From: Candidatus Bathyarchaeota archaeon
Lineage (GTDB): Archaea; Thermoproteota; Bathyarchaeia; Bathyarchaeales; Bathycorpusculaceae
DNA length: 64,000 nt
Direction of reading: 5' to 3'
Assembly (NCBI GenBank): GCA_963775465.1
Contig: CAVZIW010000011.1
Span: 15,913 to 79,912, forward strand
The translations under genes were made by a program, and so were the position numbers. Every line of letters begins with the position of its first letter. The first letter of the stretch is position 1. This document shows, piece after piece, positions 39,878 through 49,794 of the stretch. The notes under the pieces were generated by a model. It did no database searches, was not told the DNA's origin, and saw nothing but the letters and a program-made list of their open reading frames with translations.

Positions 39878-40987
39878 TTAGGTTTTCCAATCTGGCCCAG
39901 CCTTTTTGCCCAAAGCCAACACTTGAATGTGACCGATAATGATTATTATCATCCATACGCTGGAGTAAAAGAAGTAATATACAAAGAGTTCATGCAATTT
40001 TACTTCTCGAAAACCAAGCTTTCTAGCGAACCCATAGAAGATAGCGGCAGTTATAGCAAACCCAGATAGGGATATTAGAAGTATTTTGAGGGCGTCTGCA
40101 GTGGCTAAAGAGAGGAGAAAAACTGGGAGAGCAAAGTTGAATTTCACTGACAAAAATAGTGATACAACTAACAAGGAATTGTACATCCAAAGACTAGGAA
40201 TTACTGCACTTAAAACGAAAACGGCTACAGATGGATACAAGAAAAAGAGGCTGGGTAAGAAAACTTGAGGTTTTCTAATGAACCTTTTAGCAAGCGGTTT
40301 GTACCAGTCTTTTAGCCATAGTGCTTGTCCAATTGCCCACCTTCTTCGCTGAGTAAACCATTTCTTCCAACCTGAATGTACAACGTTTTGGACCTCAACA
40401 TCATGTGTATAAGCAAAAGAACTATCATCAAGAAAAGCTCTTGTAGCAATATCAATATCTTCAGCAACAACTTTTCGAAAACCATGAACCTGCTCGAATT
40501 TTTCACGTTTTATTGCAAAAGCGGCACCGTTTACTGCTGGACACTTGTGCATAAACCTCGAAGCTAACCAGGCGCTTATGTTAAAAGTCAAATACTCATA
40601 ATATGCCATTTTGGAGAGAAACGAATTGCCCTTGGTGACTTTCTTTTTTATGTCCAGAACATCAGTTTGCTGCATTTTCATTACAATTTTCCGTAAATAG
40701 TCAGAATCGTTTGGTATTCCAACATCAGAATCCAAGAAAAGAAGCACTTTTCCCGAGGACAACTTTACAGTATTATTCAACGCGTTAGCCTTTCCAACAC
40801 GTTCTTTGTTTTGAAGGAACTTCACATCTTTTTGTTCAAGTTGCCTGATTTCTTGACTAAACTCTTCGGTGGGTTGGTCTACGGTTACAAAAATCTCTTT
40901 AGAAACATTCTGTGAAACCAGTCTTTTTAGCATCCCCGATAGTTGATCGGATTGCTTGTAAACGGGGATGAAAATGCTGATGTCCAC
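39878..40987 (-). CDS. GT2 glycosyltransferase with C-terminal TM helices
   Basis: IPVY, GKANALN, FLDSD, AED, QRRRW. Confidence 0.9.
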   Translation of the reverse strand: MDISIFIPVYKQSDQLSGMLKRLVSQNVSKEIFVTVDQPTEEFSQEIRQLEQKDVKFLQNKERVGKANALNNTVKLSSGKVLLFLDSDVGIPNDSDYLRKIVMKMQQTDVLDIKKKVTKGNSFLSKMAYYEYLTFNISAWLASRFMHKCPAVNGAAFAIKREKFEQVHGFRKVVAEDIDIATRAFLDDSSFAYTHDVEVQNVVHSGWKKWFTQRRRWAIGQALWLKDWYKPLAKRFIRKPQVFLPSLFFLYPSVAVFVLSAVIPSLWMYNSLLVVSLFLSVKFNFALPVFLLSLATADALKILLISLSGFAITAAIFYGFARKLGFREVKLHELFVYYFFYSSVWMIIIIIGHIQVLALGKKAGPDWKT

Positions 40988-41090
40988 AATTATTCCTCAG
41001 TCAGTCGAATAAACGTACAAAGTTAATTTTAAGGGTTGCCTTTTTAAATCATTCGATAATTAAGTGACAAGTCGATGGTTTTTCATGAAG

Positions 41091-41636
41091 TCAGAGAGGA
41101 ATGCATCTTTGCATCTGCCACAATTTTTCAGCAGCAACCTGCGAAATTGGCCCGACCCGAACAAGAATTTCAGCTTCATGACCATCATTTTCGAAATCTT
41201 CTTCACTAAACAAAAGTTTTTCCTCACATTTTGAGCCTAAGAGCTTTGCTAATTTCAAGAAGTTTTTTCTAGACGTTTTGTTTGAAGGATTTACCGTACC
41301 CTCGAAATATTTCGCATTTACCCTTCTTATTTGGTAAAGAAGCAAGCGTAATTGTAGACCATGTCCTCGGTAATCTTGATGAACCACTATTTCCCAACTG
41401 AAAAAAGTGTTAGGTCTATTCGGCGGTACATAACCTGACGAAAACGCAATTATTTTGCCTTCATGTTCAGCAACGACGCAAGTATTTGAGAAATCTTTTG
41501 CTAAAAGAAAATAGGTGTAGCGGGAATTTAACCCAACGTATGGTCTGTTTGTTATTAGCAACTTGTAGACTTCTTTTACGTCTTCAATTTTTATGTTCCT
41601 GATATTGAAAATCAAGATTTCTTTGTTTTTAGACAT
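41091..41636 (-). CDS. EctA-like (diaminobutyrate acetyltransferase family) GNAT
   Basis: LNSRYTY, DFSNTCVVAE, GYVPPNRPNTFFSWEI, YRGHGL, TVNPSN, HEAEILVRVGP. Confidence 0.85.
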   Translation of the reverse strand: MSKNKEILIFNIRNIKIEDVKEVYKLLITNRPYVGLNSRYTYFLLAKDFSNTCVVAEHEGKIIAFSSGYVPPNRPNTFFSWEIVVHQDYRGHGLQLRLLLYQIRRVNAKYFEGTVNPSNKTSRKNFLKLAKLLGSKCEEKLLFSEEDFENDGHEAEILVRVGPISQVAAEKLWQMQRCIPL

Positions 41637-41644
41637 AAAACACT

Positions 41645-42985
41645 TCATTGCTGCTTAACTTTTTTGGCTCTTCGCTCTAAACGCATGTTTCCACGGGGTA
41701 CAAGCGAAATTTCGTCATTTGAATCAGTTAATAACCTTTCAATGCCTATAGTTTTTGTTTCGTCACCCTCATCCAATTTCAACTGTAAGTGACAGTCATC
41801 ACATTTTCTGTCGCAGAAAATTGGTTCATAGCTGTCAGGTTCTTTGTAGGTGGTTATGATGCCCTCGTAATTTCTTAAGACAACTTTGTTTGTGGACCAA
41901 GAAACGATGTAGTTTGGCATTACTGGGATTTTTCCGCCTCCACCTGGAGCATCGATTACGTATGTTGGTACTGCAAACCCGCTTGTGTGCCCTACTAAGC
42001 TTTCGATTATTTCTATACCCTTTCCGATGGGTGTTCTGAAATGAGAGAGTCCTTCAGAGAGGTCACATTGGAACAGATAATAGGGTCGAACCCTGTTTTG
42101 TACGAGTTTTTGATTGAGTTTTTTCATGATTCTGGGACAGTCGTTAACACCTGCCAACAGCACAGACTGGTTTCCGAGCGGAATTCCTGCATCTGCCAAC
42201 TTACGTAGTGCTTCCTGAGCCGAATGTGTAAGTTCCCTGGGGTGGTTAAAATGAGTATTCAACCAAATTGGATGATGCTTTTTGAGCATGTTCACTAGTT
42301 CGTCGGTTATTCGATATGGAAGAACCACTGGGATTCTTGAGCCAATCCGTATTATTTCTACATGTGGAATCTTTCTTAATTCTGTCAAAATCCAGTCCAA
42401 GTATTCATCAGGCAACATGAGAGGGTCTCCACCTGAAAGCAGAACATCACGGATTTGATGGTTGTTTTTGATGTAGTTTATTCCTTCGAGTATTTGTTTT
42501 TTTGAGGGGATAAGTTCAGGGTCACCGACTTTTCTTTTCCGGGTACAGTGCCTACAATACATTGAACAACGATTACTGACCAAAAAAAGCACTCTATCAG
42601 GATACCGATGGGTTATCCCTTTAGTAGGACTATCCTTGTCTTCGTGCAAGGGATCAGACATATCGTATCGTGAAATAGTAAGTTCAGCAGGGTCAGGAAA
42701 TGATTGTTTGAATATTGGGTCATTGCAATAATTCTCTTTCTCTATTAAAGAAGCATAGTAAGGAGTTATGTTGAGGGGGAATTTGCTAATTGTTTTTTCA
42801 AGTTCTCTATGTTCTTCTTCTGTAAAAGTAATACCTGTGAACTTTTCAAAAGCAGAAATGGTTTTAATCGAATTGGCTAGCTGCCACTTGTAATCTTTCC
42901 ATTCGCTAAGCGTTATGGGCTTATCAACGTTTTCTGCCATGTATGAATGAAAACTCTTCAGCTTTTCAGTTTTTTTAGAAATCAT
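41645..42985 (-). CDS. ablA: Lysine 2,3-aminomutase (radical SAM, methanogen AblA-like C-terminus)
   Basis: [52 protein letters not shown]. Confidence 0.93.
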   Translation of the reverse strand: MISKKTEKLKSFHSYMAENVDKPITLSEWKDYKWQLANSIKTISAFEKFTGITFTEEEHRELEKTISKFPLNITPYYASLIEKENYCNDPIFKQSFPDPAELTISRYDMSDPLHEDKDSPTKGITHRYPDRVLFLVSNRCSMYCRHCTRKRKVGDPELIPSKKQILEGINYIKNNHQIRDVLLSGGDPLMLPDEYLDWILTELRKIPHVEIIRIGSRIPVVLPYRITDELVNMLKKHHPIWLNTHFNHPRELTHSAQEALRKLADAGIPLGNQSVLLAGVNDCPRIMKKLNQKLVQNRVRPYYLFQCDLSEGLSHFRTPIGKGIEIIESLVGHTSGFAVPTYVIDAPGGGGKIPVMPNYIVSWSTNKVVLRNYEGIITTYKEPDSYEPIFCDRKCDDCHLQLKLDEGDETKTIGIERLLTDSNDEISLVPRGNMRLERRAKKVKQQ

Positions 42986-43229
42986 ATAACTAATTTCCTC
43001 TACTTAGAATAATTTTTGAATAAGCAAATCACCACTTTTATATCTTTTTTGACAAATATCCGTTTTTCAACAAAAAAAACACAAATTGCTGTGAAAAGGA
43101 TAAAGCTTCAAAAACAAAACAGCGCCCAACATATGTGGACCTTTATTCAAATTGTTCTCAGTTCATCTCTTTTTTATAATGATTCCTATAGGTAAATTAT
43201 TATTCGTGGCAACCGAATCTATCAACACT

Positions 43230-44240
43230 ATGACGAAAGTCAAGGCTATCAGTTTACTTTCTGGTGGATTAGACAGCATCCTTGCCACAGAACTCATCCG
43301 GCGACAAGGAATTGAAGTGATAACTCTTAACGTTAAAACACCTTTCGGGATTCCTAAAAAAGACGGTACAAGTGATGCTGCCGAAGCTGCCAAACAACTA
43401 AAAGTTCCCCTAAAAGTCCTCACTGCCGAAGGTGATTACATTCGGATGCTGCGTAAGCCAAATCATGGGTATGGCAAAAACCTAAATCCATGTGTAGACT
43501 GCAAAATTTTCATCTTAAAAAAAGCAAAAAAATACGCTAAAGAAATCGGTGCTGACTTCCTCTTTACCGGAGAAGTTTTGGGTGAGCGTCCTATGTCCCA
43601 ACATTTTCTCGCCCTCAAGATTATTGCAAAAGAATCTGGGTTAAAAGGAAAACTCTTACGTCCACTGTCAGCAAAACTATTGCCCGAAACAGAAGCAGAA
43701 AAAAAAGGGATAGTTGACAGAAACAAATTGCTAAACATTCAGGGCAGGTCGAGGAAGCCTCAGCTTGAGCTTGCCAAGAAATATGAGATTACAACTTTTC
43801 CGTCTCCCGCTGGCGGATGTCTATTAACTTGCGAAGAATATACAAAGAAACTTCGAGATCTATTCAACAACAAAAAACGCATTTCGATGGCGGATGTTAC
43901 TTTGCTTCGTTTTGGCAGGCATTTTAGACTCGGAAAAAACAAGATAATCGTCGGAAGAAATGAATCAGAAAACAAGTTTTTGGCCAATAATAAAATGCCA
44001 ACAGACTTTTCTTTTGAACTCTCTGACGTCGTGGGACCCACAACTCTTTTGCAGGGACCAAAAACCAAAAAAGCCATTGAAACCGCCGCTAAATTAACAG
44101 CTTCTTACTCAGACGCCAAATCGGGTAAAGTTACTGTAAAGTATGGTAGAGACTACCTCAACCAAACAGTAATTGTAGATTTGCCCCAGAAGGCTGAGGT
44201 AGAAAGACTACGAGTGGGAAATGAAAAAACCAAAAAATAG
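43230..44240 (+). CDS. ThiI/MnmA-like PP-loop tRNA thiolase family protein
   Basis: SGGLDS, NPCVDCK, GEVLGERPMSQ, LRPLSA, PAGGCLL, GRHFR. Confidence 0.85.
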   Translation: MTKVKAISLLSGGLDSILATELIRRQGIEVITLNVKTPFGIPKKDGTSDAAEAAKQLKVPLKVLTAEGDYIRMLRKPNHGYGKNLNPCVDCKIFILKKAKKYAKEIGADFLFTGEVLGERPMSQHFLALKIIAKESGLKGKLLRPLSAKLLPETEAEKKGIVDRNKLLNIQGRSRKPQLELAKKYEITTFPSPAGGCLLTCEEYTKKLRDLFNNKKRISMADVTLLRFGRHFRLGKNKIIVGRNESENKFLANNKMPTDFSFELSDVVGPTTLLQGPKTKKAIETAAKLTASYSDAKSGKVTVKYGRDYLNQTVIVDLPQKAEVERLRVGNEKTKK

Positions 44241-44303
44241 TACATAATAAAAAACCAGATAATTCCCTGCCTTTCTGGAAAGACCCAATTATCTTTAATA
44301 AAA

Positions 44304-45014
44304 TTATTCTTTCCTCATTGCATCTACCTTCAGATCTTTAGGCATCAGTTCAATAGCGTACCTCAAAGCGATTCGCGGCATAATTTTGCGGTTCTTAATA
44401 ACATAGTTATAGACTTCCTTGAGGTGTTTTCTGCTTTCCTCTTTGAGAAGCCACCCATAGCCCTTCTGCACCATATCATCCTCATCTACCAAAAGTATGT
44501 CACAAATTTCGAGGGCCTCCTTTAGGAACAAACCTTTTTTGGCCGGAACAATAAGTGAAACTGAGGAAGCTCGTTTGAGCCAGCGATTATCGCTTTTAGA
44601 CCAACGCTTTAATTCAGTGATAGTTTGTGGATATTTTTGGATTAGGTCGCCGATAGTGTGATTACAGAACCCATCGCATTTAGCCCAATTATTAATATAT
44701 TCTTCAATCCAGCATTTGAAAATCAGCAAGTCAGCAGGCTCGAGGCATTCAATGTAGCGTGGAAGCCAAAATGCAACTACAAAAGCTTCTTCGGTGTAGT
44801 CTGAACGATATAGTTCTTCGCATATCTTGAAAATAGCTTGTTTGTCGAGAGCTTTCACTTGAAGCCAATATTTTTTAGCTATTTTCCCAACTGTCTCTGT
44901 TTTGACACCGTAGAATTTTGTCTGTTCTTTGAAGAAACGTTGAGTACTTTTTTTTACTTTTTCATCAGCGTTTTCTTTTAGGTCTGCTCTTATTTGCAGC
45001 AGGATATTATTCAT
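44304..45014 (-). CDS. AlkD-like DNA alkylation repair protein (HEAT repeats)
   Basis: YGVK, NNWAKCD, NRWLKR, MVQKGYGWLLKE, RYAIE. Confidence 0.88.
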   Translation of the reverse strand: MNNILLQIRADLKENADEKVKKSTQRFFKEQTKFYGVKTETVGKIAKKYWLQVKALDKQAIFKICEELYRSDYTEEAFVVAFWLPRYIECLEPADLLIFKCWIEEYINNWAKCDGFCNHTIGDLIQKYPQTITELKRWSKSDNRWLKRASSVSLIVPAKKGLFLKEALEICDILLVDEDDMVQKGYGWLLKEESRKHLKEVYNYVIKNRKIMPRIALRYAIELMPKDLKVDAMRKE

Positions 45015-45079
45015 GAAAGAAAAAGTCTTCTTTTAAAATATGAGCTTTTCTTAAAAAATGAAATTAAAGAAAAGAGGGA

Positions 45080-45376
45080 TTAGAAATCTTCCATCTGGTA
45101 GAGACCAAAATCAACGTCTAACGTTTTTTCTGATCCGCAACTGTCTTCTAAATCATAAAGATGACTTGTTGTTTTCTCTAACTCACTTTTCTTAACTGTC
45201 AATTTTGTCTTAACCATCCTTGATTTTACTTTACCTTTTGGTTTACGGATTACATTGGTTGAATCGATGACAATGCTGTCATCGATGATTTTTGGTATGA
45301 CCTCAACTTTGACGTCGTCCACGCTTAAATCGCATTTCAAATCATCATGAACATGGTCATGTTCTTGTTTAGTCAA
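45080..45376 (-). CDS. 98-aa protein at the position usually held by ftsZ; possible FtsZ remnant
   Basis: GGAGG SD; 8-nt overlap with cdrS; ends LDVDFGLYQMEDF. Confidence 0.7.
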   Translation of the reverse strand: MTKQEHDHVHDDLKCDLSVDDVKVEVIPKIIDDSIVIDSTNVIRKPKGKVKSRMVKTKLTVKKSELEKTTSHLYDLEDSCGSEKTLDVDFGLYQMEDF

Positions 45377-45524
45377 CGCCTTTACGCCTCCAGACTTCAG
45401 CGCTAATCAGGTCTCGAATTGCGACTCGGATCGCTTCGGCACGGTTAGGATAGAACCGCTCGCCAACCAACTGGTCCAAAGCTTTTATATACGTTTCAGG
45501 CAGATACAGAGTAATTAATTTCAT
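45369..45524 (-). CDS. cdrS: CdrS-like ribbon-helix-helix regulator (not in ORF track)
   Basis: Hand translation MKLITLYLPETYIKALDQLVGERFYPNRAEAIRVAIRDLISAEVWRRKGVD; GGGAG SD. Confidence 0.85.
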   Translation of the reverse strand: MKLITLYLPETYIKALDQLVGERFYPNRAEAIRVAIRDLISAEVWRRKGVD

Positions 45525-45730
45525 ATGGGATATAACTCCCTAAGTTTTATGAACATACAACGCTAATTGTAGGTTATACTTCTATATATCATGTGGCAAA
45601 TATGAATATAACATGTTCGTTCCTTAACTTATAAATCAAGAAACATGTATTTTGCAAGTTCCTGTTAATTCATGCACCTCAAAGACTACGTTTTTATTTC
45701 TTGTTGAAGCAACTAACTACTTAGATAACC

Positions 45731-47017
45731 ATGTACGGTTCGGTTTTCGTCAAGAATTTTGGATGTTCCTCTAACACAGCGGATGGCGAAGTGCTAATAG
45801 GGTGCTTGTCAGAAGCGGGTTTCAAGATAACTTCTTCAGAAACAGACGCTGACCTGATTATCTACAACACCTGTGCAGTCAAAGGACCAACAGAAAACCG
45901 CATAATCAACCAAATAAAAAATGCGCCAAAAGGGAAAAAAATCATAGTTGCGGGTTGTTTACCTAAGATTAGTTTTGAGCGATTAGAGCGAGAAACCTAT
46001 TTCAACGGCGTAGTCGGTCCAGCATTTGGTGCAAAAATAGTTGAGGTTGCCACACGAGTTTTAGCTGGTGAAACAGTAATTAACGTTGAAGATTCAGAGA
46101 AGCCGCTTTTGAGTCTTCCAAAAAGAACATCCAATCCAGTCAGAAGTATAGTTCCAATTAACTTCGGTTGTGTAGGTAGTTGCAGTTACTGCTGTGTGAT
46201 TCAGGCGCGCGGTCATCTGCGAAGCTACAGGATTCAGGAAATTATGGAACGTGCGCAAAAAGACCTCTCTGAAGGTGTAAAAGAGTTATGGTTGACCTCG
46301 CAAGATACAGCCAGTTACGGCAGAGATCTAAATACTGATCTTGCAGAGTTGCTTTTTGCACTTGATCGTATAAAAGATAACTTTAAGATTAGGGTGGGCA
46401 TGATGACTCCGAATTTAGTATTGAAAATGCAAAGTAAACTGATTCAAGCATTCGAATCAAATAAAGTCTTTAAGTTTTTGCATTTGCCTATGCAGAGTGG
46501 AGACGATACAGTGCTTCGAAACATGCATCGGTATTACACATCAGCAGAGTTTAAAGACATTGCCAAAGCCTTCAGAATCAGCTACCCAAATTTGACGATT
46601 GCTACTGATGTGATTTTAGGGTTTCCAGGCGAAACTGAGGAGGCCTTCCAAAACACGCTGAAAGTTTTAGAAGAAGTTAAACCTGATGTAGTTAACGTTT
46701 CAAAGTTTTTTGCTCGACCCAAAACTGCCGCTTGGAAAATGAAAGATGGTTTGGTCGAGAAAGAGGAAATTAAACGCAGAAGCACCCTTACGTCAGATCT
46801 TTCGAAGCAGCTTTCTGCTGAACGCAATCGACAATGGCTGAAATGGATTGGAGAGGTACTCGTAGATGAAAAAGGAAAAGTTGAAGGCACATGGATTGGG
46901 CGAAACTTCGCCTACAAGCCAATCGCTGTAAAAAGCACTGGCAATTTGCTTGGAAAAACTTTGAAGGTTGAAGTTGTAGAAACTTTTGGAACCTACCTAA
47001 AAGGTGAAATAGCCTAA
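45731..47017 (+). CDS. tRNA t6A37 methylthiotransferase (archaeal MtaB/CDKAL1-like)
   Basis: FGCSSN, NTCAVK, GCVGSCSYC, QDT, HLPMQSG, TDVILGFPGE, TRAM domain. Confidence 0.9.
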   Translation: MYGSVFVKNFGCSSNTADGEVLIGCLSEAGFKITSSETDADLIIYNTCAVKGPTENRIINQIKNAPKGKKIIVAGCLPKISFERLERETYFNGVVGPAFGAKIVEVATRVLAGETVINVEDSEKPLLSLPKRTSNPVRSIVPINFGCVGSCSYCCVIQARGHLRSYRIQEIMERAQKDLSEGVKELWLTSQDTASYGRDLNTDLAELLFALDRIKDNFKIRVGMMTPNLVLKMQSKLIQAFESNKVFKFLHLPMQSGDDTVLRNMHRYYTSAEFKDIAKAFRISYPNLTIATDVILGFPGETEEAFQNTLKVLEEVKPDVVNVSKFFARPKTAAWKMKDGLVEKEEIKRRSTLTSDLSKQLSAERNRQWLKWIGEVLVDEKGKVEGTWIGRNFAYKPIAVKSTGNLLGKTLKVEVVETFGTYLKGEIA

Positions 47018-47069
47018 AGACAAGTGCAATTTTTTCTATAGCACCCTGCTTGTAAGAGTTTGTTAAATG

Positions 47070-47085
47070 TTACAGTATACTGTAA
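47070..47085. promoter_or_regulatory. Perfect 16-bp palindrome
   Basis: TTACAGTATACTGTAA. Confidence 0.45.
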
Positions 47086-47127
47086 ACATGTATTATTAAA
47101 CCAAGGACCAGAGCGAAACCCCAGATT

Positions 47128-47160
47128 AAAAAAGTGGGAATCATCAATCTCCACTTTTTT
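47128..47160. terminator. Hairpin flanked by A6/T6 (bidirectional terminator-like)
   Basis: AAAAAAGTGG...CCACTTTTTT 10-bp perfect stem. Confidence 0.5.
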
Positions 47161-47429
47161 GCAGCAAAATTGATCCGATAACTTGAATAGCAGAAACTAC
47201 ATTCCCTTGAAAATCAAGCACCAAAATCTTTTGCCTCTGTGATTTCAAATATTAAAGACCTAAACTATTTTAATCGTTTTATCAACCGAAAATAAGAAAA
47301 ACAATGTGGAATAAAATACAAAGCAGATAAGAAATTACTTGGAACTGAAACTGCCGGAATAAGCGAGTTGGCTAACGATTATATGAATACTTAAATAATT
47401 TCGGTTCTGTATCTTGTTCGGCTGAGAAA

Positions 47430-48854
47430 GTGATTAAAACACAATCGAGTATCTGCTTTTTTAACACTCTAACACGCAAAAAGGAGACTTTCAATCCTTT
47501 AGAAAGTGGAAAAGTGAAGATGTATACGTGTGGACCCACGGTTTACGATTTTGCACACATCGGGAATTTTCGTGCTTTTGTTTTTGAGGACTTGCTTAAG
47601 CGTTGGCTGTTGCACCGCGGATTCAAAGTTAAACATGTTATGAACTTAACCGACATTGATGACAAAACAATAATGGGCAGCCAAAAACAGGGCATTCCCC
47701 TGAAACAATTCACAGATTTTTACGTGAAAGCTTTCTTTGAAGATATAAAAGTCCTAAACATAGAGAACGCCGACGTCTACCCTAAAGCAACCGATCACAT
47801 CTCTGAAATGGTTACTTTAATCAAGACGCTTATGGCTAAGGGCTTTGCATACAAAGGTGAAGATAACTCCATTTATTTCTCTGTCTGCAAATTCCCAGAT
47901 TACGGCAAACTATCCCACATCAAAGTAGACGAACTTAAGGTTGGCTCACGGGTTAGCCAAGACGAATACGCCAAAGAGGAAGCACAAGATTTTGCACTTT
48001 GGAAAGCGTGGACCCCTGATGATGGCGACGTTTTTTGGGAAACAGAGTTAGGCAAAGGAAGACCAGGGTGGCACATCGAATGCTCCGCCATGAGCATGAA
48101 ATACCTAAGCCAGACATTTGATATCCACTGCGGCGGAGTCGACAACATGTTTCCTCATCACGAAAATGAAATTGCCCAAAGTGAGAGCGCTACAGGCAAA
48201 AGATTCGTTAATTACTGGATGCATAACGAGCACCTGCAGGTGGAGGGCAAAAAAATGGCAAAGAGACTTGGCAATTTTTACACTCTACGTGATCTCTTAA
48301 CAAAAGGCTATGACCCCATCTCAATAAGGTACCTTTTGATGTCTACTCACTATCGGCAACAATTCAACTTTACGTTTGAAGGACTTGAATCAGCAAAAAG
48401 TGCGATAGAGAGGTTACGTAACTTTGTTAGGCGACTTTATGAAGCAGAAGGCAAAGAAAGCGAAGGAAAAGTAACAACATTAATTGAGAAATTAGAAGCA
48501 TGCTTCGATGGCTCCATGGATGACGACCTAAATATTGGAGTAGCGCTATCGTCACTGTTTGACTTTGTACGAGAAATCAATAGCCTACTTGATGTAAACG
48601 ACGTTAGCAAAGAGGAGTCTGCAAAAATCATCAAGGTAATAATAGAGATTGATGATGTATTAGGGGTTATTGGAAAAGTTGAAGTTGAAGAAGCTTTACC
48701 CAAAGAAATAGACCTGCTAGTCCAAAAACGTGAAGTTGCTCGAAAAACAAAGAATTGGAAAGAAGCCGACTCAATTAGAGCTCAACTCAAAACCATGGGA
48801 ATTGTCCTAGAGGATACAGCACAAGGTGTACGGTGGCATAAAGAGAAAACTTAA
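47430..48854 (+). CDS. cysS: Cysteine-tRNA ligase
   Basis: CGPTVY, HIGN, DFALWK, GRPGWHIECSAM, FPHHENE, KMAKR. Confidence 0.97.
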   Translation: MIKTQSSICFFNTLTRKKETFNPLESGKVKMYTCGPTVYDFAHIGNFRAFVFEDLLKRWLLHRGFKVKHVMNLTDIDDKTIMGSQKQGIPLKQFTDFYVKAFFEDIKVLNIENADVYPKATDHISEMVTLIKTLMAKGFAYKGEDNSIYFSVCKFPDYGKLSHIKVDELKVGSRVSQDEYAKEEAQDFALWKAWTPDDGDVFWETELGKGRPGWHIECSAMSMKYLSQTFDIHCGGVDNMFPHHENEIAQSESATGKRFVNYWMHNEHLQVEGKKMAKRLGNFYTLRDLLTKGYDPISIRYLLMSTHYRQQFNFTFEGLESAKSAIERLRNFVRRLYEAEGKESEGKVTTLIEKLEACFDGSMDDDLNIGVALSSLFDFVREINSLLDVNDVSKEESAKIIKVIIEIDDVLGVIGKVEVEEALPKEIDLLVQKREVARKTKNWKEADSIRAQLKTMGIVLEDTAQGVRWHKEKT

Positions 48855-49633
48855 GCTTTGCCATCGAACGTCCATTTGCCACTATCGTATTTTCCCTTGC
48901 AGAGTCTATCCGCAAGCGCCAACTCGTTGGGCGTCAAGTATCCTTCCTCAAGTTGAATCTTCAGGATCGCCTTGAACCCTTGTGCAAGAGCATTAGCAAT
49001 AGTACCTGGGTTAATCTTATGCCCGAGCTCGTTTTCAATACTAGTTATTTTACGCCTGCCAATATCGGTTGCTAAAGTACAACTAAGGTTTTTGAATTTT
49101 ATTAACTGAAACATTTTGGACAAATCTACACTCCTCAAGAGGGTACCATGTTGCAGGACGATGCCGCGAGTAATGGTTTGACTGCTACCAGAAATCTTTT
49201 TGCCATTCACAGTTAGGTTTGGGCAGTTCTTGGCATCACCCTCGCTAAAATCAGCTGGAACTCCTAAAATGCGAAGCGCGTCAGTTATTGCTTCGTAAAT
49301 TTTGAAGTAAACAGCGGTTATGTCGCCCATCCCGAAATCTGCAGCTTTGGCGGTTACACTATAGGTAACTTCACCCTCGAAATCATGGTAAACTGTACCA
49401 CCACCGCTAATACGTCTAACCACATCGACTCCCAATTGCTTGCAAGAGTTGAGGTAAACCTCAGTCTCAGGATTCTGGTTTTTGCCCACGCTAACAGCGG
49501 AAGGTTGCCAACGATAAAATCTCAATGTATTCGGAACTTGCCCCTTGATTCGCGATGTTAAGATTGCTTCGTCGATAGCCATGTTCATAGAAGCATCATG
49601 TATTTCAAGGGGCAGCAAACGCCAAGTATCCAT
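48851..49633 (-). CDS. lplA: Lipoate-protein ligase A catalytic domain
   Basis: NMAIDEA, RRISGGGTVYHD, KKISGSSQ, LQHGT. Confidence 0.9.
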   Translation of the reverse strand: MDTWRLLPLEIHDASMNMAIDEAILTSRIKGQVPNTLRFYRWQPSAVSVGKNQNPETEVYLNSCKQLGVDVVRRISGGGTVYHDFEGEVTYSVTAKAADFGMGDITAVYFKIYEAITDALRILGVPADFSEGDAKNCPNLTVNGKKISGSSQTITRGIVLQHGTLLRSVDLSKMFQLIKFKNLSCTLATDIGRRKITSIENELGHKINPGTIANALAQGFKAILKIQLEEGYLTPNELALADRLCKGKYDSGKWTFDGKA

Positions 49634-49794
49634 ACTTTTCTAATCCTTTTTCTAAGAAAAAGTGAGGTAGTGTTTAAAACTATTATGCAACTAATTTTTA
49701 AAAGAAAAAGATGTGACTCTTTATGATGATTAGATAAATGCTTAAAACCAAGCAACGAAATCTCTAAAGAATAGAAACAGTAGATGAAAACAAT

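Noticed and set aside
49700-49760. ATGATGA considered as a C/D box sRNA
   Set aside because: No suitably placed CTGA D box; lies in a divergent promoter
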